From assembly GCA_018433865.1 (NCBI GenBank), contig JAHDQJ010000002.1, forward strand, positions 383,592 to 447,591: a stretch of 64,000 bases of DNA. Reading direction: 5' to 3'. The DNA is from Spirochaetales bacterium (GTDB lineage: Bacteria > Spirochaetota > Spirochaetia > Sphaerochaetales > Sphaerochaetaceae). Within the stretch, counting starts at the first letter, position 1. Each line of letters starts with the position of its first letter. This document shows positions 56,221-64,000 of the stretch, piece after piece. The position numbers and the translations under genes were made by a program. The notes under the pieces are model-generated. The model did no database searches and was not told where the DNA came from. It saw only the letters and a program-made list of their open reading frames with translations.

Positions 56221-57305
56221 TGCGATTCCGTTCGCTCGGGTTCCACTATTTCAGGAATCTGGCAGATTCGATGGTCCCGACCGATGCCGAACATGTGGTG
56301 TTGGTCGGCAACAATGGACAGGGCAAGACCAATTTCCTCGAGGCACTCTACGTCCTGTGTTACGGTTCTTCATTTCGTGCCAGCAATGCAAAGGACATGT
56401 GCAGACATGGGAAACGTGAATTCTCTCTGTCAGCGATCGTCGCCTTGGATGATGGTACCAACCAGCAGATACTGTTCCGATTCGGTGAGGGAAAGCGGGA
56501 GATACGGATCGATGGCAAGGAAATTCGGGACAGAAGGGACCTGATCTACAATGTTCCCTGCATTGTCTTCTCACATGATGATATCGAGTTCATCCGCGGG
56601 ACTCCCGAGAGCAAGCGCAAATTCTTCGACCAGACGATGTCGATGTATGATCCCCTGTTCTTCGATGACCTGAGAAGATATCGCAGTGTGCTCAGACAGC
56701 GGAACGCAGCGATCAAGGACGGCTATGCCTCGTTGATTCCTGTCTACGATGTGCAGCTTGCGAAGCTTGGCATGGCTATCCAGAAGCGGAGGGCCGAAGA
56801 GGTCGTGAAGTTCAATGAATTGTTCGTCAAGTTGTATCAAGCGGTATCCCAGACAGATGAGAGGATGTACATAGCCTACAAGCCATCCTGGGGCGACTGT
56901 ACCACCGAGGAAGAGGCCAGGGACAAGCTCTCCAGGACACTCGAGCGGGACTTGCGCATGCAGACCACTGCAAGCGGCATACACCGGGACCAATTCATCG
57001 TGATGCAGGATACTGCCAACTTCGCCTCGAGCGGATCGACAGGGCAGATGAGACTGGCGTCCCTGATATTCAGGATCGCCCAGGTCCACTCCTATCGCAA
57101 GAATACGGGCAAGGAACCAATCCTCCTGGTGGATGATGTCCTTCTTGAGCTGGATATCCGGAAACGAGGCTTGTTCCTCTCGCTTCTCGAAGGCTACAGC
57201 CAGGCATTCTTCACATTCCTTCCCGAAGAAACCTATTTTTCCAAGGTCTCGGGACAGGATGGATTGACCTATGCGGTTGAGGATGGCACATTCCAAGTAC
57301 CATGA
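56220..57305 (+). CDS. recF: DNA replication/repair protein RecF
   Basis: GNNGQGKTNFLEA Walker A, SGSTGQMRL signature, LLVDDVLLELD. Confidence 0.9.
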   Translation: MRFRSLGFHYFRNLADSMVPTDAEHVVLVGNNGQGKTNFLEALYVLCYGSSFRASNAKDMCRHGKREFSLSAIVALDDGTNQQILFRFGEGKREIRIDGKEIRDRRDLIYNVPCIVFSHDDIEFIRGTPESKRKFFDQTMSMYDPLFFDDLRRYRSVLRQRNAAIKDGYASLIPVYDVQLAKLGMAIQKRRAEEVVKFNELFVKLYQAVSQTDERMYIAYKPSWGDCTTEEEARDKLSRTLERDLRMQTTASGIHRDQFIVMQDTANFASSGSTGQMRLASLIFRIAQVHSYRKNTGKEPILLVDDVLLELDIRKRGLFLSLLEGYSQAFFTFLPEETYFSKVSGQDGLTYAVEDGTFQVP

Positions 57306-57595
57306 AAGAGAAATCGACCAAGGAACTGTTGGACATGCTTCTCTCCCGTCTCAATATTGATGAGCAGGGACCCCTCGCGACAGTACATCGCGAATGGATG
57401 GAGATTGTCGGTCCCGACATCGCCGTGCACGCGAAAATCCTGGATATCCGGGGGAAGGTGCTGATCATCGAATCGGACCACCCCACGTGGTCCTCGATGA
57501 TCCACATGCGGAAGAAGCAGATCATAGGAAGGATCGCCCGCCAATTCCCGGAGTTGGGTATTTCACAAATCCAGGTTCGGGTACGGAAAGATTAG
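57302..57595 (+). CDS. DUF721 (DciA-like) protein
   Basis: 97 aa, ATGA-coupled to recF, which is the usual position of DUF721 genes. Confidence 0.7.
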   Translation: MKEKSTKELLDMLLSRLNIDEQGPLATVHREWMEIVGPDIAVHAKILDIRGKVLIIESDHPTWSSMIHMRKKQIIGRIARQFPELGISQIQVRVRKD

Positions 57596-57715
57596 CATCG
57601 ATTGCAGGAAAACATGCCGATCGTATTTTTCGGTCATTCTGCATCGGATGCCGCCGGATGATGGATTTTCTTTCGATACGGACCAAATGTCCTGACCTTT
57701 CTTGTGATGCTTGGC

Positions 57716-57743
57716 TTGACATGCACTCGGTGTGACCTATATA
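57716..57743 (+). promoter_or_regulatory. Promoter of rpmH-rnpA-yidC-jag
   Basis: TTGACA, a 16-nt spacer, then TATATA, about 75 nt before rpmH. Confidence 0.55.
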
Positions 57744-57817
57744 CTGCCCCTTCGGGAGAGTATTCCCGCAAAACAGATAAAATCCGCGTAAAGCGATACA
57801 TATTTGGAGATTTCCCC

Positions 57818-57973
57818 ATGAAGAGAACGTACCAACCCAGCAGGACCAAGAGAAATAGAAAATTCGGTTTCCGTGCGCGCATGGCAACAAAGGGTGGGCG
57901 TCTTGTCCTTGCCAGAAGAAGGGCAAAGGGCAGGAAGAAGCTTACCGTCTGCGATGAGAAAAAGCCTTACTAA
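57818..57973 (+). CDS. rpmH: 50S ribosomal protein L34
   Basis: [51 protein letters not shown]. Confidence 0.9.
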   Translation: MKRTYQPSRTKRNRKFGFRARMATKGGRLVLARRRAKGRKKLTVCDEKKPY

Positions 57974-58304
57974 GCAAGAAATTGTAAAAAAGAAGCCAGA
58001 AATCGATGCGATATTCCGCAAAGGTAAGAAATTCTCCTGCCCAGGGGTGCGACTCATGGTCGCACCTAACGGCCGCAGTGTGGACAGGATCGTCGTCATT
58101 CCTGTCAGGCACTACGGCAATTCCGTCGAGAGAAACCGCATAAGGCGGCAGATCAAGGAAATCTGGAGAAATGAAAAGCCGAGTTTTCGGCCTGGCTTCG
58201 ATTTTGCATTCGTGGTGTATCCAGGGAAGGTTTTGGATCATGAAACACAGAGGAAGCAGTTGACCGATTTGTTTTCCCAGGCAAAAGTCTATCTGAACGA
58301 CTAG
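57954..58304 (+). CDS. rnpA: Ribonuclease P protein component
   Basis: Start [10 protein letters not shown]. Basic RNR-like motif [12 protein letters not shown]. Overlaps the rpmH 3' end by 20 nt. Confidence 0.8.
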   Translation: MRKSLTKQEIVKKKPEIDAIFRKGKKFSCPGVRLMVAPNGRSVDRIVVIPVRHYGNSVERNRIRRQIKEIWRNEKPSFRPGFDFAFVVYPGKVLDHETQRKQLTDLFSQAKVYLND

Positions 58305-58359
58305 TTCCATATTCCTTTCCTGTTCACACCTCTTCGCCGTTACACAATCAGGAGTGGAT

Positions 58360-60165
58360 ATGGATAGAAACACCATCCTCGCAATCGTACTCTCCGTAAT
58401 CGTAATATCTGTGGGTTTGACCATCCAGACTACGTTTTTCGCCCCGGAACCGGTTGCTCCGACGCAACAGGATCCTGTTGCCCTGCAGTCCGCAGATACG
58501 GATGGTCAGCTTGCCGCAGGAGCTCCCGTTGCCTTGGCAAAGCCTTCGCAGGCTTGGGACAGTGGAGTTCCGGGTTCTTTCACCCAGGTAGGTCCTGCGG
58601 GTACGACACAACGGTTCACCTTTGAGACTGACATGTTCATCGTGGAGTTTGATCCTGTGGGAGCCGGAGTATCCAGCCTCCGCCTGAAGCAACACCTCGA
58701 CAAGGGATCTCCTGTCGAACTGATCTTCAATGATGGTTCCTATCCCGCGGCATTCTCCCTCTACGCAGGCAACGACGTGGAGAATCCGATCAACGCCACA
58801 TTCAATTACCGCATCCTTTCCAATGCAGTTGAGTTCTCCCAAGTATTCGCGGCGATCGGCGAGGACGGCAATCCGACCGACGAGCAGTTCACCTTGGTGA
58901 AGACCTACCGGTTCGCGCCGGAAGACTATCTGTTCGAGATTTCCGTCGAGTTCAAGAACTCCCAGAACAAGGCGGTTCCCCTCAACTACAACGGGTTCGC
59001 GTACACCCTCGCGTTCGAACCGCAGCTCGGTCCCTCCTTCCATGAGACTCCCGATGGCAACTATACCTATCGCAAGTTCTATGTCGAGTCGAACGGGAAG
59101 AAGAGTACCCCCAAGCTCCGCGACGGTATCTATGAGACCAGCGACTACATCACATGGACGGCGATCGCAAGCAAGTACTTCTCGATCATAGGAATTCCCG
59201 ATGCCACGCGCTACACCGTACGTCTTGCCGAGGCGAAGTCCGATGCGATTCCCCTCGAATCGAGAATCTATTTCTCACGCCCTGCATACAAGACCTCAAG
59301 CGGAAAGGATGTATTCCGGTTCTACATCGGACCCCAGCTGAAACATCACATGGCAATCTACAACGAGGCCAGCCAGAATGGGTTCGGACTCTCCGACTTG
59401 CACCTTGAGAAGGCACTCGACAGCAGTTCGTGGCTCGGGTGGCTGGAGGCTATCCTCAAATGGTTGCTCCAGTTCTTCTACGGGCTCATTCCCAACTACG
59501 GAGTCGCCATCATCCTCCTTACGATCCTGATCAAGGTCGTGCTCCAGCCATTCAGCAAGAAGAGCATGGAATCGACTTCGAAGATGCAGGCGCTCGGACC
59601 GCAGATGGAGGAACTGAAGGCCCGCTACAAGGACAATCCCACCAAACTGAACCAGGAGATGGGAGAACTCTACAAGCGCGAGAAGATCAATCCTCTCGGC
59701 GGATGCTTGCCGATGCTGTTCCAGTTCCCGATCTTCATTGCACTCTACGGATTGTTGAACAAGCACTTTGAGTTGCGGGGAGCCATGTTCATCCCCGGCT
59801 GGATCGAGGACCTTTCGCTGCCCGAGTCGATCCTTCACTTCGCTCCCGTATCGCTGCCGTTGATCGGAAGTGACATCAGGCTGTTGCCGATTCTCTACGG
59901 AGCTTCGATGATCTTCTCGTTCAAGATCAGCCAAGCCGGTACGCAGCAGAGCGGCATGACCGGAAAATTCATGATGTATGGAATGCCCATCATGTTCTTC
60001 TTCATCCTCTACAACGCTCCCTCCGGATTGCTCCTCTACTGGATGGTCATGAACTTCATATCGATCGGACAGCAGATTTTCGTCAACAAGCGTCGGAAGC
60101 GGAAACAAGAGAAGCAAGCTGCAGCAGCTGTGGTCTTCACCCCGCTGAAAGGAAAGAAGAAATAA
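58360..60165 (+). CDS. yidC: Membrane protein insertase YidC
   Basis: Large periplasmic domain followed by GVAIILLTILIKVVLQP...GCLPMLFQFPIFIALY. Confidence 0.9.
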   Translation: MDRNTILAIVLSVIVISVGLTIQTTFFAPEPVAPTQQDPVALQSADTDGQLAAGAPVALAKPSQAWDSGVPGSFTQVGPAGTTQRFTFETDMFIVEFDPVGAGVSSLRLKQHLDKGSPVELIFNDGSYPAAFSLYAGNDVENPINATFNYRILSNAVEFSQVFAAIGEDGNPTDEQFTLVKTYRFAPEDYLFEISVEFKNSQNKAVPLNYNGFAYTLAFEPQLGPSFHETPDGNYTYRKFYVESNGKKSTPKLRDGIYETSDYITWTAIASKYFSIIGIPDATRYTVRLAEAKSDAIPLESRIYFSRPAYKTSSGKDVFRFYIGPQLKHHMAIYNEASQNGFGLSDLHLEKALDSSSWLGWLEAILKWLLQFFYGLIPNYGVAIILLTILIKVVLQPFSKKSMESTSKMQALGPQMEELKARYKDNPTKLNQEMGELYKREKINPLGGCLPMLFQFPIFIALYGLLNKHFELRGAMFIPGWIEDLSLPESILHFAPVSLPLIGSDIRLLPILYGASMIFSFKISQAGTQQSGMTGKFMMYGMPIMFFFILYNAPSGLLLYWMVMNFISIGQQIFVNKRRKRKQEKQAAAAVVFTPLKGKKK

Positions 60166-60188
60166 GCATCCTCCAGGAGAAATTGATA

Positions 60189-60869
60189 ATGGTAAGAGAA
60201 TTCGAAGGAAAGACGGAACAGGAGGCCATCGCGATGGCGATGACTGAGCTCCAGCTCGAACAGGACGAATTGGATATAGAGATCGTGGATGCCGGCAAGA
60301 GAGGGTTGTTCAAGAAGAGCAACGTCCGGATCCGGGTCTATCTTGCCGACGACCTGCAAGAGAGCGAATCGAGCGTTGCCCAGGAGGGTCTCGATGAGTA
60401 TGAGCAACAGGTCATCGATTTCCTGACGGTCCTGCTCGACAAGATGGGGTATCCGGGATTCGTGAAGATCACCCATCGGAAAGAGGGCAAGCTTGCGCTG
60501 GATGTGGTCTCGGATCACTCCTCCATCATCATTGGGAAGAAGGGCAAGAACCTCGATGCGATCCAGTTGATCGTGAACGTCTATGCGGGTCAGTTGAACC
60601 CTTCCGTGAAGGTCATCATAGACAGTGAGAATTATCGGATGCGGCATGAGGAGCAGCTGGTGAAGCTTGCCTATCGGGCAGCAGAGCAGGTGAAGAGGAG
60701 CGGGCGTTCGAAATTGCTCGAGCCGATGAACCCGTTCGAACGCAGATTGATCCATACCGCCCTGAACGGAATCGAGGGCGTCACCACCAAGAGCGAGGGA
60801 GAGGGCCTCTTCAAGCAGGTCCGCATCACGATCGATGAGGATCTGCCTCCCTTGCGCAAGGAACATTAA
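60189..60869 (+). CDS. jag: Jag/KhpB RNA-binding protein (Jag-N, KH, R3H)
   Basis: GKTEQEAIAMAMTEL, IIIGKKGKNLDAIQ (KH) and ERRLIHTAL (R3H). Confidence 0.8.
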   Translation: MVREFEGKTEQEAIAMAMTELQLEQDELDIEIVDAGKRGLFKKSNVRIRVYLADDLQESESSVAQEGLDEYEQQVIDFLTVLLDKMGYPGFVKITHRKEGKLALDVVSDHSSIIIGKKGKNLDAIQLIVNVYAGQLNPSVKVIIDSENYRMRHEEQLVKLAYRAAEQVKRSGRSKLLEPMNPFERRLIHTALNGIEGVTTKSEGEGLFKQVRITIDEDLPPLRKEH

Positions 60870-60884
60870 GGTTGGAGTGAGTGT

Positions 60885-62039
60885 ATGTTGAGACATGGCA
60901 GGCAGCTGTTCACCAGTGAATCGGTAAGCGAAGGACACCCGGACAAGGTATGCGACCAGATCTCGGATGCGGTCCTTGATACGTGTCTTGCCCAGGATGC
61001 CTTGTCGCGTGTCGCGTGCGAGACGCTCGCCACCACCGATACGGTCGTGGTCAGCGGAGAGATCACCACGGGTGCGAAGATAGATATCGAGCTTCTCGTT
61101 CGGGAGGTGGTCAAGGAGATCGGATATGTGTACGAAGGTACCGGATTCGATTACAAAACACTGAACGTCCTGCAGTTCCTCCACCAGCAATCCTCGGATA
61201 TCGCGATGGGCGTCGATGCCTCCAGCAGTGCATTCGGCATGCAAGGTGCGGGAGACCAGGGGATGATGTTCGGGTACGCTTGTACCGAAACCCCGGAGTT
61301 GATGCCCGCTCCTGTCATGTTCAGCCATCGTATCCTCCAACGTGCGGCATTCTTGCGCAAAAGTCATGATGTCACCTGGTTGAGACCTGATGCGAAAGCG
61401 CAGGTGACCGTCGCATACGAAGCGGGAAAGCCGATCGGAATCGACACTGTGGTCGTATCGCACCAGCACGACGAGCACGTCTCCAGGGAAGAGCTTGAGA
61501 CCTACATCAGGGAACAGGTGATCCAACCCTCACTCGGTGCATCGGGACTGCTTTCGGAGCGAACCAAGTACCATATAAATCCGACCGGCCGATTCGTCAT
61601 CGGAGGACCTACCGGCGATACCGGATTGACCGGAAGGAAGATCATCGTCGATACCTACGGAGGCATGGGTCGTCACGGAGGCGGAGCATTCAGCGGCAAG
61701 GATCCTTCGAAAGTCGACCGCTCGGCAGCCTATATGGCACGGTTCGTGGCCAAGAACCTGGTGGCATGGGGCTTGTGCAGCCGATGCGAGGTACAGTTCT
61801 CCTATGCGATCGGAGTCCCGGAGCCGGTCTCCATCCTGGTCGACACGTTCGGGACCGGGACTGTCGGGGATCAGGATCTTGAGAGTCTGGTCATGCGTGA
61901 GTTCGATCTCTCTCCCGCGGGCATCATCGAGCAGCTCAACCTGCTCAGGCCCATCTATCGTGCCCACATGAACTATGGACATTTCGGGAAATCGGGAGTC
62001 CCTTGGGAGCAGGTGCTTCCGAAACCCTCCCTATGCTAG
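60885..62039 (+). CDS. metK: S-adenosylmethionine synthase
   Basis: [34 protein letters not shown]. Confidence 0.95.
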   Translation: MLRHGRQLFTSESVSEGHPDKVCDQISDAVLDTCLAQDALSRVACETLATTDTVVVSGEITTGAKIDIELLVREVVKEIGYVYEGTGFDYKTLNVLQFLHQQSSDIAMGVDASSSAFGMQGAGDQGMMFGYACTETPELMPAPVMFSHRILQRAAFLRKSHDVTWLRPDAKAQVTVAYEAGKPIGIDTVVVSHQHDEHVSREELETYIREQVIQPSLGASGLLSERTKYHINPTGRFVIGGPTGDTGLTGRKIIVDTYGGMGRHGGGAFSGKDPSKVDRSAAYMARFVAKNLVAWGLCSRCEVQFSYAIGVPEPVSILVDTFGTGTVGDQDLESLVMREFDLSPAGIIEQLNLLRPIYRAHMNYGHFGKSGVPWEQVLPKPSLC

Positions 62040-63041
62040 GATGAATGTCCGTTCCAGATGTGAACGGACCTCCATCGCCTTCTCCTTCGAGAACTGAGCC
62101 CCCCTCTGTCGGATGATCATCCCTGCAAGGTAGGAGGCTGCGTATCCCGCCTCTGCGACCGCAAGACCTTTGCACAGTCCGTAGATGAACCCCGCTGCAT
62201 AGATGTCTCCCGCACCCGTGGTGTCGGTCGGCGTCACCGGTCCTTGGACCGGAATCTTCATCACCGTCCCTTGGTGAGAGATGAACGAACCCAACTTTCC
62301 GTTCTTCACGATCGCAGTCTCGCAGAGCTTTCCCATCGATTTGCAGCACTCGTACGCATCGTAATTCTCGAACAGTATCCGGGCTTCTTCGCTGTTGGCG
62401 AACACGACATCGGCGTGGTCCGACACCAATCGCAAGAACTCATCCCTGTTCCTTCCCACTGCGAACGGATCCGCGATATCGAAGGTGACCTGTACTCCCG
62501 TGGACTTGGCTATCTCGAGCGCAAGCTTCACCGAGGATTTCTGTGCAGGGGTATCCCACATATATCCTGTGAAGTGGAAGTAGTCGGCGTTCCGTATGGA
62601 TTGCTCGATGACATCCTCGCTTCCGTACATGCGGTTCGCCCCGAGATAGGTGTTCATGGTCCTTTCGGAGTCGGGCGTGATCAGGATGATGGAGGACCCT
62701 GTCGGTTCGGAACAGGTGACCAGTTCGTCGTGCACGCCAAGCTCGCTCAGACGTTTCCGATAGATGTGCCCGTATTCATCCTCACCGACCTTTCCCGCGA
62801 GGGTTGCATCCACTCCCAAGCCGGCGAGGGTTATGATGGTATTCGGACACGATCCTCCGCAAGAGAATGAGGCGGGTTTCCCCTTGATGTGCCCGAGAAG
62901 CTGTTTCCTCCTGTGCTCATCGATCAGGTGCATCGCTCCCTTGTGGATTCCCAGGACATCGAGGTCGTGCTCGGTGACCTGCACGATGATGTCGATCAGC
63001 GGATTGCCGATACCGTGGACCTTTGGGCGCTTCTCTTCCAT
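62031..63041 (-). CDS. PfkB family kinase, adenosine-kinase-like
   Basis: GGSCPNT and [13 protein letters not shown] motifs. Converges on metK with a 9-nt overlap. Confidence 0.7.
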   Translation of the reverse strand: MEEKRPKVHGIGNPLIDIIVQVTEHDLDVLGIHKGAMHLIDEHRRKQLLGHIKGKPASFSCGGSCPNTIITLAGLGVDATLAGKVGEDEYGHIYRKRLSELGVHDELVTCSEPTGSSIILITPDSERTMNTYLGANRMYGSEDVIEQSIRNADYFHFTGYMWDTPAQKSSVKLALEIAKSTGVQVTFDIADPFAVGRNRDEFLRLVSDHADVVFANSEEARILFENYDAYECCKSMGKLCETAIVKNGKLGSFISHQGTVMKIPVQGPVTPTDTTGAGDIYAAGFIYGLCKGLAVAEAGYAASYLAGMIIRQRGAQFSKEKAMEVRSHLERTFILA

Positions 63042-63116
63042 GCACCTATGTTACCCGTCTTTCCCCGTTGCTTCAACTGGATTGTAAATTGGGACATTCC
63101 CCTGTACCATGGGGAC

Positions 63117-64000
63117 ATGGGCTCCTATATAGTGGACGGTGCAAGACCGCTCGAGGGACACATCACGATCAGCGGCAACAAGAATGCCGCGCTTCCCTGT
63201 ATCGCCGCGAGTCTGCTCACCGATGATCCGGTGATTCTTCACAACGTCCCCATGATCGAGGATGTCTCGGTCATGCTCGATCTGTTGCGCTTCCTTGGTT
63301 CCGAGGCGACGTGGATCGATTCGAACAGCCTGAGGATTGTCTCCTCAGGTATTTCCCAGCGCAAGAACGACCTGCTCCCTCCACACTTGGTGGATGCCAT
63401 CCGCGCCTCCATCCTGCTCGCTGGCCCGCTCGTCGCACGGGTTGGTTCCGTGCAGCTACCTCCTCCAGGAGGGGATGTCATCGGATTCAGGAGGCTCGAC
63501 ACCCATTTCTTGGCGTTGGAATCGCTCGGAAGCTCCTGCCGGATCAGCAGCGACGGCTACCTCGATATCAAGGCGCAGCGATTGATCGGGAACGCGGTCT
63601 TTCTCGATGAAGCCTCGGTCACCGGTACGGAGAATGTGATCATGGCAGCGGTCCTTGCAGAAGGGACGACAACCATCAGCAACGCTGCGAGCGAGCCTCA
63701 CGTACAGGACCTCTGCCTGATGCTGGTCTCGATGGGCGCGCGGATCGCGGGCATCGGCTCCAACCTGCTGACCATAGAGGGGGTCGGACGCCTTTTTGGG
63801 ACCGACTACCGAATCGGTCCCGATTATATGGAGGTCGGTTCTTTCATCGGCCTTGCCGCGGCGACCAAGGGAGAGATTGTCCTTGAGGGTGTGGATCCAA
63901 GGCACCTGAGCATGATCTCCAAGGGTTTCGGGCGCATCGGGGTGGGGTGGCAGGTGACCGGACCCTCCACGCTGTTGATTCCGAAAAAACAGAGCCGGGT
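63117..64000 (+). CDS. murA: UDP-N-acetylglucosamine 1-carboxyvinyltransferase; 3' end off the window
   Basis: Not in the ORF track (open at the edge). Own translation: [34 protein letters not shown]...[15 protein letters not shown]...[18 protein letters not shown]. Confidence 0.88.
   Translation, partial: MGSYIVDGARPLEGHITISGNKNAALPCIAASLLTDDPVILHNVPMIEDVSVMLDLLRFLGSEATWIDSNSLRIVSSGISQRKNDLLPPHLVDAIRASILLAGPLVARVGSVQLPPPGGDVIGFRRLDTHFLALESLGSSCRISSDGYLDIKAQRLIGNAVFLDEASVTGTENVIMAAVLAEGTTTISNAASEPHVQDLCLMLVSMGARIAGIGSNLLTIEGVGRLFGTDYRIGPDYMEVGSFIGLAAATKGEIVLEGVDPRHLSMISKGFGRIGVGWQVTGPSTLLIPKKQSR

Overview
The window looks like the replication-origin-proximal region of a roughly 55% GC bacterial chromosome. 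Gene content and order resemble a spirochaete (Sphaerochaeta-like), but that is a low-confidence guess made without any search. The right third is a classic origin neighbourhood: radA, a cyclophilin-FKBP fusion, parB-parA, two perfect parS sites, gyrA-gyrB on the minus strand, then dnaA, a DnaA-box cluster (oriC candidate), dnaN-recF-DUF721, rpmH-rnpA-yidC-jag, metK and murA on the plus strand. The middle holds housekeeping genes: a tightly packed nine-gene nucleoside uptake/salvage operon, deoC plus an atypically long thymidine-kinase-like gene, a five-tRNA cluster followed directly by SRP RNA, then dnaX-ybaB-recR, nagA, pepD and a flavodiiron protein. The non-core part is about 3.1-10.5 kb. 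It is a visibly AT-richer island encoding five paralogous small secreted proteins of about 180 aa. Each ends in a pilin/SCPU-like C-terminal beta-strand motif. Several share a 14-nt promoter module, and the genes flank two tandem GntR/FCD regulators that carry related operator-like repeats. No chaperone, usher, sortase or secretion genes are present. This is my best candidate for an undescribed system: a surface or periplasmic fibre/adhesin family with its own regulators. All calls rest on reading the supplied translations and the DNA by eye. No database search or computation was run. Many long ORFs in the track are antisense shadows of real genes and were rejected.
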